Origin: an uncultured cyanobacterium
GTDB lineage: Bacteria > Cyanobacteriota > Cyanobacteriia > Cyanobacteriales > Cyanobacteriaceae
DNA: 64,000 bases
Assembly (NCBI GenBank): GCA_963749915.1
Contig: CAVVOP010000008.1
Span: 384,001 to 448,000 of the forward strand
Direction: 5' to 3'
A program made the position numbers and the translations under genes. The notes beneath the pieces are model-generated. The model had not been told where the DNA came from and made no database searches. It saw only the letters and a list, made by a program, of their open reading frames with translations. Below, piece after piece: positions 21,787-32,382 of this stretch; positions within the stretch are counted from its first letter, which is position 1, and each line of letters begins with the position of its first letter.

Positions 21787-22869
21787 ATGAATAGTGATAA
21801 TTTTAAAATAATAGATGTCATCATCAGAATTACTGTAATAACTTTTATCAGTATTTGGTGCTTTACTCTTCTTCGTCCATTCATTAGCATTATACTTTGG
21901 GGCACAATTATAGCAGTTGGCTTTTATCCTCTTTTTCAATGGCTTAAAAATCGTCTTGGTGGACGAGCAAACCTAGCGGCAACATTGATTGCGATCGTCT
22001 CCCTCGCTATTATTCTTGGTCCTGTTGGACTTATGGCCAAAAGTCTAGCTGAAAATATTTATAATTTAGCTGAGAATATTACTAACGGCAGATTAGTTAT
22101 ACCGCCACCACCCGAAAATTTGGCACATTGGCCTTTAATTGGTGAATTTTTAAAAGGAATCTGGCAATTAGCCTCGGTCAATCTGGGGGAAGCATTCAAG
22201 ATCTTAGAACCACAATTGAAAAAATTAGCCCCTACTTTATTAGGCATAACTGCTAATTTAAGCCTAGCAATTCTCCAATTTATCATTTCCATTATCATTG
22301 CCGTTGCCCTGATGCTCAATACTAAGACCCTAAGTCCCAATTTAGTTCGTTTTGTCAGCAGATTAATACCAAATAAAGGTCAGACTTTGGTAAAACTTGC
22401 CTCCTCGACTTTACGTAATGTGATTCGTGGTGTCATCGGCATTTCAGCTATTCAAACTTTAGCAATTGGGATTGGCATGATTATGGCAGGAATTCCTTGG
22501 GCGGGTATATTGACATTATTATGCTTACTCTTGACAATTATCCAAATTGGACCTGGATTAGTCGTACTTCTGACCTTGATTTATGCTTGGGTAAAAATGA
22601 ATACTATCGTGGCATTGCTTTATACAATCTGGATGTTACCGGCAAGTTTAATCGATAACGTGTTAAAACCGATCCTGATGTCACGTGGATTACCTGTCCC
22701 CATGATCGTTATTTTTATGGGCGTATTTGGGGGAACACTTGCACATGGAATCATCGGTTTATTTATTGGCCCAGTTGTACTAGCGTTGGGTTATGAACTT
22801 CTTAAAGCATGGATTAACGATGATTTTAGCGGCCTATCAGAGACAAGCTTACGCCACACCCCCGAGTAA
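21787..22869 (+). CDS. AI-2E family transporter
   Basis: Multi-TM; DNVLKPIL, GIIGLFIGPVVLA. Confidence 0.9.
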   Translation: MNSDNFKIIDVIIRITVITFISIWCFTLLRPFISIILWGTIIAVGFYPLFQWLKNRLGGRANLAATLIAIVSLAIILGPVGLMAKSLAENIYNLAENITNGRLVIPPPPENLAHWPLIGEFLKGIWQLASVNLGEAFKILEPQLKKLAPTLLGITANLSLAILQFIISIIIAVALMLNTKTLSPNLVRFVSRLIPNKGQTLVKLASSTLRNVIRGVIGISAIQTLAIGIGMIMAGIPWAGILTLLCLLLTIIQIGPGLVVLLTLIYAWVKMNTIVALLYTIWMLPASLIDNVLKPILMSRGLPVPMIVIFMGVFGGTLAHGIIGLFIGPVVLALGYELLKAWINDDFSGLSETSLRHTPE

Positions 22870-22900
22870 ATTAATCATAATACTACTATGCAATCAAGTT

Positions 22901-23195
22901 CTGGTTCTAACGGATTTTGTGATCAACCAGTTTTTAGGGGTCTTCGACCATTCATCGAACTGGCAATTAGCAAATTGTGCAGCCAGTTGTGATGGTATTG
23001 AAATCCATTGAGGTCTTTAAAGGGCGAAATCCGCTCAGAGTCTGATGAGCAAGTTCTTGAAGAATAGGGATGAAAATTCCACACCAGTGCCATCGAGGGT
23101 ACATAGAGTCGAGCTGATTCTTTCGTGCCGTGAAAGTATTGCAGTGTCGGCGATCGCCCTTGATTTCTAATGACCACAAAATCCGTTAGAACCAG
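22901..23195 (-). mobile_element. 295-bp MITE-like element, copy 2 (inverted)
   Basis: Reverse complement of 16147-16441 with two substitutions that I could see. Confidence 0.9.
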
Positions 23196-23221
23196 CAACG
23201 TGGGGCTTCTGCCCGAAGAAG

Positions 23222-24370
23222 CTAAAGACTAATCATCTTCCACAAATCCTCATATTGTTTAATGGATACTGGGGGTAAAGTCTCAATAAACTCACTTTTA
23301 GCCAAAACCTCCGAAGACATTTGCGGAATTTTGGGATTACTTTTTAACGGCGATCCCATAATAGGTGAGACTCCATTGGTAAATAAATTGATTTGTTTTG
23401 CGGATTTTTCTTGCCAACAAAAATCAATCAAGTCATAAATTTTCTCTAATTGTTGAGGATTATTGTTTTTTTGCCGGGGTCTCACCCATATATCCGCCCA
23501 TAAAGATGTGCCAGAATCGGGTATTACTGCTGATATATTACTATATCCTTCGACAATTTGTAATATATCCGTTGACCATCCTACCGCTAACCAAGTATCT
23601 CCTAGAATCAGGGGCTGTAAATAATTAGTATTATCATAAAATTTGACTTGTTTTTGCAATGCTATCCACTGTGATTTAAGTTCGGAAATGGAATTTAAAT
23701 CCTTTGTATTATAAGAATAACCAAGTTTTTTTAAAATAAGACCTAAAATTTCTCTAGGTTGATTTAATAGGGAAAATTTACGGGTAATATCTTTTCGCCA
23801 CAAATCACTCCAATCTTGGGGTTGCCACCCTAATTCCGCAAATTTATCATGACGATAAGCTATCATCGCACATCCCCAACGATAAGGTGCACCCCAAACT
23901 CGCCCGTTATCAGCCAATTTACTTTCATTATCTCTAATGGCTAAATTCTGAAATCGGGGAGGTAGATTTTGCCAATTTTTGAGTTTATTTAATTCTAAAG
24001 GCTCAATTAATTTTTCGGCGATGGCCAAATTTAACCAATAAGCACCTAAAGTTACTAAGTCGTCAGGTGTGGACAAAGACTGATCAGGAAAAAATTGAGG
24101 CAGGCTAAAAGTGGAGTTATTTTTTTCGGGAACCGGTGCTTTACCTTGCCATGTCAATAATAAATTATATATATCTTCAAGAGTCGATTGTGGTTGAAAT
24201 TTAATTGTCCCTAACTTTCGTGATTCTTTTTGTAACGCCACTAGTAATTGTATAGGAATTGAGCCTTGCAACAGTGCTATTTTGAGATCATAATTTTCTT
24301 CACAAGCGGACAACAAGAAAGCAATAGTTAAACTACTTATACCCCACAAAAAAGAGCGACGATTCACCAT
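23222..24370 (-). CDS. ABC transporter substrate-binding lipoprotein (PotD/PotF-like)
   Basis: NRRSFL + LSAC lipobox; PYRWG, WSDLW, GTSLWADIW. Confidence 0.85.
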   Translation of the reverse strand: MVNRRSFLWGISSLTIAFLLSACEENYDLKIALLQGSIPIQLLVALQKESRKLGTIKFQPQSTLEDIYNLLLTWQGKAPVPEKNNSTFSLPQFFPDQSLSTPDDLVTLGAYWLNLAIAEKLIEPLELNKLKNWQNLPPRFQNLAIRDNESKLADNGRVWGAPYRWGCAMIAYRHDKFAELGWQPQDWSDLWRKDITRKFSLLNQPREILGLILKKLGYSYNTKDLNSISELKSQWIALQKQVKFYDNTNYLQPLILGDTWLAVGWSTDILQIVEGYSNISAVIPDSGTSLWADIWVRPRQKNNNPQQLEKIYDLIDFCWQEKSAKQINLFTNGVSPIMGSPLKSNPKIPQMSSEVLAKSEFIETLPPVSIKQYEDLWKMISL

Positions 24371-24439
24371 ATCAATTAGTCATTAGCAATTAGCAATGCA
24401 CAATTATATCAGGTTAAGTTCCACAGTTATTTAGTGAAC

Positions 24440-24692
24440 TACCATCAATGGTGACCATGTGGATAAAACTGCGGTTATTTCCTGCCTCCCGTGCTCCTCG
24501 CAAAGTTTTTCCGTCCAGATGATCGAGTTCTCCATCGCTCAGCCGATGAACAGCTTGCATCCATTGAATAAAACACGATTGTAATTGTTTTGGATTCAAA
24601 CGAGCGAATAACCGAGAAAAGGTGTCATGGGATGGAATACCACTGGGCAAAGCGAGAAACTTTTTCAACCATTGCTCTTTGGTGCGACCGTA
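24440..24692 (-). pseudogene. ISAs1-family transposase internal fragment
   Basis: LPSGIPSHDTFSRLF, DGKTLRG, IHMV. Confidence 0.85.
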
Positions 24693-24832
24693 TTCAGCTA
24701 TTTTATAGTTTTGTTGCGTATTGTTAAGAACTGTGTGCGATTCTCCTGCTCATTTCTTTCTAAAAGTATCCTGGTCAAACGTGATATGCTAAGATATTTC
24801 CGTCATTATCAAGTGTGAGGAGGCAAAAAAAA

Positions 24833-25423
24833 TTGAATTACTGGGTACAAAAAAGACTACAATGTTTACAAGAAGCACTTAACCACAAATACTGTCTTAA
24901 TATAGATCAAGTTACAGATATTGTAGCTTCTAGTTTTCAGGCAGGTCATACTTTATTAATTTGTGGCAATGGTGGTTCTGCAGCTGATGCACAACATATT
25001 GCGGCCGAGTTTGTAGGGCGTTTTCAACTTGATCGTCCGGGTTTACCTGCCATCGCACTGGGGACAAATCCAGCTACTTTAACAGCATGGAGTAATGATC
25101 ATGAATTTGAGACAATTTTTGCCCGGCAGGTAGAGTCTTTTGGTAAACCAGGAGATGTGTTATGGGTATTATCAACTTCGGGAAGATCTCGTAATATTAT
25201 TCACGCCTTAAAAGCTGCTAAAGAAAGGGGTTTAATTACCGTCGGCATGGCAGGGAACAACGGTGGTATGATGAGTGGTTTAATTGACTATCCTCTTTTT
25301 GTCAGCGAAAAAAATACCCCTTACGTTCAAGAAATACACTTAATCACCTATCATCGTATTTGTGAACAAGTAGAGGCTCAATTATTTGCCCATAATATCG
25401 TAGAAAAACCTTTAGCAGTATAA
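24833..25423 (+). CDS. gmhA: Phosphoheptose isomerase (SIS domain)
   Basis: CGNGGSAADAQH, STSG, QEIH; TTG start after GAGGAGG. Confidence 0.9.
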   Translation: MNYWVQKRLQCLQEALNHKYCLNIDQVTDIVASSFQAGHTLLICGNGGSAADAQHIAAEFVGRFQLDRPGLPAIALGTNPATLTAWSNDHEFETIFARQVESFGKPGDVLWVLSTSGRSRNIIHALKAAKERGLITVGMAGNNGGMMSGLIDYPLFVSEKNTPYVQEIHLITYHRICEQVEAQLFAHNIVEKPLAV

Positions 25424-25447
25424 TCAACCAGAGTTCGGAGTTCCAAG

Positions 25448-26401
25448 CTAAAGCAGAGATAATTCTCCTGCTACTTCTAGGCGTTTATAGTCGTCAATAC
25501 GCAAAAACTTATCCCCTAAATTTTCTGCAACGGTGGGGGTAATCCATCCCATTTGTTTTAAAATGTGAATGGCAGTAGCATATTTTGCCCGTTTACTACC
25601 GTCAAGGATTTTTATGGCTAAACCCATATTTTGACCGATATTACCAATACACTGAATACCTTCAGCACCGGATTTACTCACCAACATTCCGTCGGTTAAA
25701 TTCATTAACTCCGTGTCGAAAGCACCTTCTCCGGCTACCATTGTCGGATGATTTGTCATAGCGCGGACAATTCTTTCTAAGTCGATACTATTACCAGAGG
25801 CCAATTTTGCGTATAAAGTCGCCATTTGTCCTAATTCTAGAGCATAAGTGGGCACACCACAATCGTCTCTAGCAGTCATAATTTCTGCCCCCGGAATGGA
25901 CAATAATTCGGCTATCTTCTGTAAGATTAATTGCTGTACGGGATTAGAGCGATGAAAATAGGTATCCAAATTCCAGTTTCGCTGTTGACAGACTGCCAAC
26001 ATTCCTGCGTGTTTCCCTGAACAGTTATACTGTAAAGCACTGTTTTTTCCTTTGGGAATGGGACATTTTAAGTAACTTGCTTCAATATCTGCCCGCCACA
26101 AAATATTAAATACTTGTCTAGCTTGTTCTATACTACCTTGATGGGAACTGCAAATGATTGCTAAATCTTTATCATTTAAGTCAAATCTTTCCATTACCCC
26201 TGTACTTGTAACCGCTAAGGCTTGAAATGGTTTCATTGCTGATCGCATAAAAGAAACAGTTTCAGCGTCTCCTGCTACGGCTAAGATTCTACCCCTATCA
26301 TCAGCAACGACAACCTCTCCCTGATGGATGGATTCGACTATGCCTTCTCTGAGGAGATGTATTTCTAAACGGTGATAGGGAGGACGTTTTAATCTTGTCA
26401 T
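25448..26401 (-). CDS. L-asparaginase II (Rhizobium AnsA-type)
   Basis: RSAMKPFQ, SSHQG, NCSGKH, DDCGVP, SKSGAEG. Confidence 0.9.
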   Translation of the reverse strand: MTRLKRPPYHRLEIHLLREGIVESIHQGEVVVADDRGRILAVAGDAETVSFMRSAMKPFQALAVTSTGVMERFDLNDKDLAIICSSHQGSIEQARQVFNILWRADIEASYLKCPIPKGKNSALQYNCSGKHAGMLAVCQQRNWNLDTYFHRSNPVQQLILQKIAELLSIPGAEIMTARDDCGVPTYALELGQMATLYAKLASGNSIDLERIVRAMTNHPTMVAGEGAFDTELMNLTDGMLVSKSGAEGIQCIGNIGQNMGLAIKILDGSKRAKYATAIHILKQMGWITPTVAENLGDKFLRIDDYKRLEVAGELSLL

Positions 26402-26410
26402 TTTTTATCT

Positions 26411-26443
26411 AAGTAATAAGTAATAAGTAATAAGTAATAAGTA
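26411..26443 (+). repeat. Heptamer tandem repeat (AAGTAAT)4+
   Basis: Read directly upstream of the asparaginase start. Confidence 0.8.
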
Positions 26444-26509
26444 CATAAATTATTTATTGCCTATTGCTTAATTATCCACTGTTAATTGTCTATTGTCCAT
26501 TGTTGATTG

Positions 26510-27022
26510 TCAATGAGTAGTCACCCATAGTGCCAGTACACCACTAAATATTAAACTAAGTAATAAGATAAAACTTTTTTGTAATCTCGCTAGAATTGGT
26601 TGGACTTGATACTGAAAAATGAGTTGATCTCGGCGATAAAATTCTAGAGGTTTTTTCCATACTTGCCCGTCATACCAACTCGATTCCTCATAGACTATTT
26701 TTGTTTTTTTTAGGCGATCGCCAATATATGACCAACCCAAGTATAAGCGTATTAAGGCAAAAGTTACAAAAAGAGACGCACCTAAACCACTAGAAAGTAA
26801 AAAAGGTAAACTGGCTTCTTGAGGAAAAAAACTAGCGGCGGAAATGGGGGCAGAAATTAATAAACTAAATGCCCAGACCCCCATAAGTTTAAGGGCAAAT
26901 TGCCATTTAGATAATGTCACCCACCGAAAAAACCATGATTGTGCTAATTCTTGATATTCATTTACAGGTTGTTGCTCTGATGGTACAGGACAAAAAATAT
27001 TAGAGGGTTCATTCATAATCAA
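26510..27022 (-). CDS. ycf36: Ycf36/CGLD27 (DUF1230) membrane protein
   Basis: CPVPSEQQPVNEY, RLYLGWSY, YEESSWYDGQVW. Confidence 0.9.
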   Translation of the reverse strand: MIMNEPSNIFCPVPSEQQPVNEYQELAQSWFFRWVTLSKWQFALKLMGVWAFSLLISAPISAASFFPQEASLPFLLSSGLGASLFVTFALIRLYLGWSYIGDRLKKTKIVYEESSWYDGQVWKKPLEFYRRDQLIFQYQVQPILARLQKSFILLLSLIFSGVLALWVTTH

Positions 27023-27084
27023 TTGATAATTGATAAAAAAGGCAACTGGGAACAGTCAAAAATATATAATAATTCTCAATTAAT

Positions 27085-27510
27085 TTATGGCTTTGTCGGT
27101 GAAAAGATAGTTTTTTCAGCACTGCCCCAAAAAGCCTCTAAATCATAGAATTGACGAGCTTCAGGGAGGAAAATATGAGCAATAACATCACCATAGTCAT
27201 GGAGTATCCAATTCCCTTCGTTTTTGCCTTCTATCCTTGTGGGAAGACGATTTAATTTTTCATAAATTTGATCTTCGATAGATAGAGAAATTGCCTGTAA
27301 TTGTGGCTGAGAAAAACCTGTCATAATCACAAAATAGTCCGCTAAATAAGATAATTTTTCTACATTTAACAAAACAATATTATCCGCTTTGCGATCATCG
27401 GCGGCATCTGCGATAATCAAGGCAAATTCCCTACTGGTGATGGACGGAGTCGGTTGATTAATTTTTTCTTCGTTGGAATAGTTTTCTATGGGTAAATGTG
27501 ATTTAGTCAT
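27085..27510 (-). CDS. rsfS: Ribosome silencing factor (Iojap)
   Basis: DDRKA, DYFVI, WILHDYGDVIAH, FYDLEAFW. Confidence 0.95.
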   Translation of the reverse strand: MTKSHLPIENYSNEEKINQPTPSITSREFALIIADAADDRKADNIVLLNVEKLSYLADYFVIMTGFSQPQLQAISLSIEDQIYEKLNRLPTRIEGKNEGNWILHDYGDVIAHIFLPEARQFYDLEAFWGSAEKTIFSPTKP

Positions 27511-27672
27511 TCAAATTCTTGATCTCTTTATCTATAATTATAAATAGATGCTAGGGTTTTTGGTTAATTTGCCACATCTAACTTCAAAATCTAACTGCAA
27601 AAGTACTTATAGGAGATTGATTATGTTAATCTCTAAGTTTGGAATCCACACATATGTTCTTGAATTATTTAC

Positions 27673-28653
27673 ATGAAATATTTAACAAAATTTATTTTCA
27701 ATGTATTTCGTTTTATCTCCTTATTAATAACCTTAGTTATTTTAAGTATTTTCGCTTTTTTTATTTATATTTATCAGATAGAACCGCAATGGATTGAATT
27801 TAAAAATATTGACCTAAATTTACCGAACTTAAGTCAAGAATTTGAAGGATGGAAAATAGTCCAAGTTAGCGATATTCATATTAGTGAATGGATGACAGAA
27901 GAAAGACTAGAAAATATCGTCAATTTAATTAATGAACAAACACCCGATATAGTAGTTTTAACAGGAGATTTTTTCTCTCAAAGTGCAACTTATTCTGGTA
28001 GAATTGATGACATTTCTCTTTCTTATGTTAATGAACATCCTTCTGTTGTTAAACGAATTGTCGAAAAAACAGGTCTTTCTCAATCAAAATCTCAGGAAAG
28101 ATCTTGGGATGATGATAGAAAAATTTTGAGTAAGACTCTTAGTAAATTAAAACCTCGTTATAAAAGTTTTTCTGTGTTGGGAAATCATGATTATGGGACA
28201 AATGTTAAGTTAGTAAGACGGGGCTTAAAAGATGCTAACATTATCAATTTAAGAAATAGGATTCATACAATCAACAAGAATAATGGCATTCTTAATATTG
28301 TCGGTATTGATGATGTTATATACAACAACGATAACCTAAATTTAGTATTAGAAAAATTGCCAGAAACGGGAGTTAACATTCTTCTCGTTCATGAGCCAGA
28401 TTTTGCACCCCAAAGTGCGGCGACTAACCGTTTTGACGTACAATTATCAGGTCATTCTCACGGTGGACAAGTTAATATTCCTTTCCTGGAACAACTTTAT
28501 TTGCCCCGTTACGGAAAGATATATATTCAGGGTTTATATAAGGTCAAAAATATGATCCAGTATACTAATCGTGGGGTAGGAATGGCCTATCCCTATATTC
28601 GTTTTAACTGTAGGCCCGAAATTACTATTTTTACGCTACATAGCAGTGGATAA
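27673..28653 (+). CDS. Metallophosphoesterase with N-terminal TM anchor
   Basis: SDIH, TGD, GNHD, HEPD, SGHSHGGQ. Confidence 0.92.
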   Translation: MKYLTKFIFNVFRFISLLITLVILSIFAFFIYIYQIEPQWIEFKNIDLNLPNLSQEFEGWKIVQVSDIHISEWMTEERLENIVNLINEQTPDIVVLTGDFFSQSATYSGRIDDISLSYVNEHPSVVKRIVEKTGLSQSKSQERSWDDDRKILSKTLSKLKPRYKSFSVLGNHDYGTNVKLVRRGLKDANIINLRNRIHTINKNNGILNIVGIDDVIYNNDNLNLVLEKLPETGVNILLVHEPDFAPQSAATNRFDVQLSGHSHGGQVNIPFLEQLYLPRYGKIYIQGLYKVKNMIQYTNRGVGMAYPYIRFNCRPEITIFTLHSSG

Positions 28654-28715
28654 TTGATAATGGACAATAGATTAGGCAATACTATTGCCCATTATTTCAA
28701 ACCATAATTATTAGC

Positions 28716-28982
28716 TTACAATACCCCAAAGTTAGATAAGCCTAAAATGACTCCGGCACCTAATATATGTCCAAAACTGGTAACAGCTAATACAGCAGGC
28801 AGTCCGAAGCCTCCGAAGAATGGAGTTCCAGGTAATTGTGGATCTGAGTTAGGCTGCTGGATACTGATTTTACCAATGACGATCGCAACAATATTACAAA
28901 TAATCATAGTGATGGCCACATTGAGATTCCAGGGAATGGTAGTGGGGACAGTGGCGGCTAATAAAGAGGTTAGATATAGCAC
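28716..28982 (-). CDS. psaK: Photosystem I subunit PsaK
   Basis: Two TM helices; TSFGHILGAGVILGL; GTG start. Confidence 0.93.
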   Translation of the reverse strand: MLYLTSLLAATVPTTIPWNLNVAITMIICNIVAIVIGKISIQQPNSDPQLPGTPFFGGFGLPAVLAVTSFGHILGAGVILGLSNFGVL

Positions 28983-29156
28983 TAATTTTTCTCCAAAAAT
29001 AATTGATCATGTTTTCAAAGTCTTAATTTTAAGTGTTGAAGGAAAAAAAACAACTATTTTGTTGCAATACTTTGCAATTTCGTAAACTATTGTAAAGTTG
29101 TTAATTTTTTGTTGAGAGAATTAAATAATAAGAGGGATTAATTTGAGAATTTGGGG

Positions 29157-30053
29157 ATGAAAACAGGTTTAATCGTTATTTGTGGGGCAACGGCCAGTGG
29201 TAAGTCTTCTTTGGGGTTAACATTAGGTCAGAGGTTGAATACTGCTATTATTAGTGCAGATTCTCGGCAAGTTTATCAAGAGTTCGACATTGGCACAGCT
29301 AAAGCCACTTTACACGAACAAAATTTAGTAACCCATTATTTGATTGATATTTGTCGCCCCACAGAAACTTTAACTTTAGCTGACTATCAAAACAAGGCAC
29401 AAACTATTATCAATTCTTCCCCTTCTATTCCTTTACTCATAGGCGGTACGGGATTATATCTGGATTCTGTTACGAAAGGGTTCAAAATTCCGAGGGTTTT
29501 TCCTCAACCTCAACTGCGATCGCAGTTAGAATATTATAGTCAAAAAGAAAGATATAGTTTTTTACAACAAATTGATGCTAAATCCTGCGAAAAAATTCAC
29601 TTTAACGATAAAATTAGGACGATCAGAGCCTTAGAAGTTTATTATGTCACGGGGAAGCCGATTTCCGAGCAACAGGGAGAAAATCCGCCACTATACCCTA
29701 TTTTATATATTGGCTTGCATTGCGATGGAGATGCCATAAATCAACGTATTGAAAAACGTACAAAGATAATGATAGAAGCGGGATTAGTAAGGGAGACGGA
29801 GAATTTAATTGATAAATATGGTATAGATTTACCATTATTAAATACTTTAGGATATGCCGAAATTAAACAGTATTTAAAAGGGGACATTCCCTTAAATAAA
29901 GCCGAAGAATTAATCATTGTTCATACTCGCCAATATGCCAAAAGACAACGAACTTGGTTTAATGCCAATCCGAATATCATATGGTTTAATGCTGATTCTC
30001 CTAATTTAATCGAAGACGTGTGGAACTTAGTTAGTAGTTGGGGAAATTCATAA
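29157..30053 (+). CDS. miaA: tRNA dimethylallyltransferase
   Basis: GATASGKS, SADSRQVY, GGTGLY, TRQYAKRQRTWF. Confidence 0.97.
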   Translation: MKTGLIVICGATASGKSSLGLTLGQRLNTAIISADSRQVYQEFDIGTAKATLHEQNLVTHYLIDICRPTETLTLADYQNKAQTIINSSPSIPLLIGGTGLYLDSVTKGFKIPRVFPQPQLRSQLEYYSQKERYSFLQQIDAKSCEKIHFNDKIRTIRALEVYYVTGKPISEQQGENPPLYPILYIGLHCDGDAINQRIEKRTKIMIEAGLVRETENLIDKYGIDLPLLNTLGYAEIKQYLKGDIPLNKAEELIIVHTRQYAKRQRTWFNANPNIIWFNADSPNLIEDVWNLVSSWGNS

Positions 30054-30292
30054 TTTTTAATTGTGGTTAATTGTTAATTCCTTTTCCTTCCAAAAAATTT
30101 CTAAAGCAAAATTTAGGTTATTAATTAGAGAATTACTGCAATTTTAAACACAATACAAAATTGATGTGTTATGATCACGACCATAGCATTTTTAAGTCAA
30201 AGCTGATAAAAATTTTGTCAGTAATGGATTAGCGAAGGAGTAATGCTGATAAATATTAATGATCATTATATATCCTCAATCATTCAAAGATT

Positions 30293-30442
30293 ATGAACAA
30301 ATTAATTCAAAAAATCATCATTATTACCGTGTTAATAATTGTCGCTTATCCCACCTATGATTTTATCAGAGATTTTGCCGATCAAAGAATAGCTAGAGTG
30401 CAAGATACTAACTATAATTTTTCTCGTTATTTACGCTCTTAA
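30293..30442 (+). CDS. Putative 49-aa small membrane protein (below ORF-track cut-off)
   Basis: MNKLIQKIIIITVLIIVAYPTYDFIRDFADQRIARVQDTNYNFSRYLRS; single N-terminal hydrophobic helix. Confidence 0.45.
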   Translation: MNKLIQKIIIITVLIIVAYPTYDFIRDFADQRIARVQDTNYNFSRYLRS

Positions 30443-30641
30443 TTTGTGACTGGACTTTGGACAAAAAGGAATCAGTTAGCGTAATTCCTACAATAACTAA
30501 AAGGAAAAACAAGAGGGATTGTCATCAGCCGTCCAATAGCTGAAAATACTGTTAAATTAACCTTACTTAACAATTGAGCAAAACAAAGAAATTGGTTGAT
30601 GAGAGAAAATAAATAGTCAATGTAATTATTTTGACTAATTT

Positions 30642-31000
30642 ATGAGTAACTCACCAATAGCATCTTTGTCAAAACATTTTGAAAATTTAACGGATCCTCG
30701 TGCCGAACATAGTATTGATCATCTTCTTATTGATAAGCGTAATAATCACCATTTGTGCCGTGATTTGTGGTGCCAATAACTGGGTCGAAAGGGTTACAAA
30801 GTATTGGGATGGTAGAATCCGAACGTCGAGTTAAGGAGAAAATAACGGTAGAGCAGCGATACTATTTAATGAGTATTGAAAGTGATGCTCAACGTTTTGC
30901 TCAATCAGTTCGTAGCCACTGGGGCATTGAAAATCAACTTCATTGGGTTCTGGACGTGGGTTTTCAAGAAGACAGCCTGAAAGGATGCCTTGGTTATTCA
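30642..31000 (+). pseudogene. Internally deleted ISAs1-family transposase
   Basis: N-terminal HFENLTDPR joined to C-terminal RYYL..HWGIENQLHWVLDVGFQED. Confidence 0.85.
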
Positions 31001-31013
31001 TTAAACGATCTAC

Positions 31014-31031
31014 CCCACATTCCGCACGTCA
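31014..31031. mobile_element. Orphan IS1634-type terminal repeat
   Basis: CCCACATTCCGCACGTCA identical to the ends of 57539-59114. Confidence 0.7.
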
Positions 31032-31358
31032 ATTTGCACTATGTCATGTAATACCTTAACGCCTTGTTTACAAAATATTCTCCAAGTAATAAAACAACGA
31101 AATTGAGATTAAACAAATATAAATACTGTAAAAATCTGTATATGGCGATGCCAAAGGCACAGCGAAGCTGCCCGCAAAAAACAATAAATATATGTATTAC
31201 CTATAGTAAAGTTGCGTAAAAGTCATTAAAATATGATTGTTTTCTAAAAGAACATGCGAAATGTGGGTTAAATGTTTCGATTACTACTCTAAATACAATA
31301 CAGCAGTACCTTAATAACCATGAGGAGGAAGCATTGAGAGCTTTGCTCTGACGCTCTT

Positions 31359-31395
31359 GCGATCGCGCAGCGGCGCACTGCGTGCGATCGCGCAG
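31359..31395 (+). repeat. HIP1-embedded small dispersed repeat (25-nt unit)
   Basis: Two HIP1 octamers 25 nt apart enclosing GCAGCGGCGCACTGCGT. Confidence 0.7.
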
Positions 31396-31497
31396 CTTAT
31401 GGAAGCAGCGAATCAATTTGTAGCTTATAAAAAGAATTTAGGCTTTATTTAGGCATAATTCTTCTTTAAGTCCAGTTAATTATTCTTCTGTTTTTTA

Positions 31498-32382
31498 ATG
31501 AGAAACTTTTTTTATATATTTTTGGGATTTTTAGCAGGACTAATAGGTATATTATTTAGTCAAGTTTTATTATTAATTCCCTTAATCGATTATTTGCCTA
31601 GTTTTTTTAGTAAAGCTGCTTTATTTTTGTTTCCCATTACAAGCACTGCTTTAGCTGTTTCAAGGGTTTGGGGGGAAATATTCTTAAACAATCCTACTCG
31701 TTTTAAAGATAATTTAAAAGTAGTAAAAGAACCAACATATCAAGCGATTAAGTTAGGAATTATTAGTGGATTAGTAGCAGGTATTTTATCTATTTTTGTG
31801 GGTTATATTCCTGTTAGTGGTTCATTAATTAAGTTAATTGGTTGGGTTTTAATAGGTGGAGCGGCGGGATTAGCTCATGGTATTACTTGGAAGAATTGTA
31901 CTATTGAAGGAAGTCAAAAAGAAAGAGCGATTAAGTATATGGGCATGAGTACAGGGGCTGGTTTTGAATTAGATAATTATGACAGAAATTTTTCTTTTAT
32001 TAACAGTTCTAAGTTAAGATTTAATTTCAAATCACCTCACCTTCAACAAGGTAAAGAAAACAGAATTGAGGAAGGAATTTCTATTGAATTACCTTTTAAT
32101 GCAAAAATTACTATAGGCTCAAATCAAGATTCTCATATTTGTATTCCTGTCTTACCTTATAATTGTGCAGAAATTGAAATTAATAAAAGAGAGGTATCTA
32201 TAACCGCTAACGGAAAAGGTTATGTTGTTGTTGATAATAAAGTATTGGGAAATGCTCAAAGTGAAAAATTGAAACATAATCAAATTTTGACTTTTATTGT
32301 TCCCAAAAAACCTAATGAAAACCAGAGAATAAATTTTGTGAGGTTTGTTTTTTATGATCGTTTCTTGGATAGGCAGGCTTAG
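31498..32382 (+). CDS. Membrane protein with C-terminal FHA-like domain (possibly internally deleted)
   Basis: Four hydrophobic segments, then ITIGS..DSHICIP...LKHNQILTF FHA-like pattern. Confidence 0.6.
   Translation: MRNFFYIFLGFLAGLIGILFSQVLLLIPLIDYLPSFFSKAALFLFPITSTALAVSRVWGEIFLNNPTRFKDNLKVVKEPTYQAIKLGIISGLVAGILSIFVGYIPVSGSLIKLIGWVLIGGAAGLAHGITWKNCTIEGSQKERAIKYMGMSTGAGFELDNYDRNFSFINSSKLRFNFKSPHLQQGKENRIEEGISIELPFNAKITIGSNQDSHICIPVLPYNCAEIEINKREVSITANGKGYVVVDNKVLGNAQSEKLKHNQILTFIVPKKPNENQRINFVRFVFYDRFLDRQA

Noticed and set aside
30195..30260. Possible riboswitch upstream of the small ORF
   Set aside because: Partial GCTGAT/GGAG similarity only; no convincing aptamer consensus
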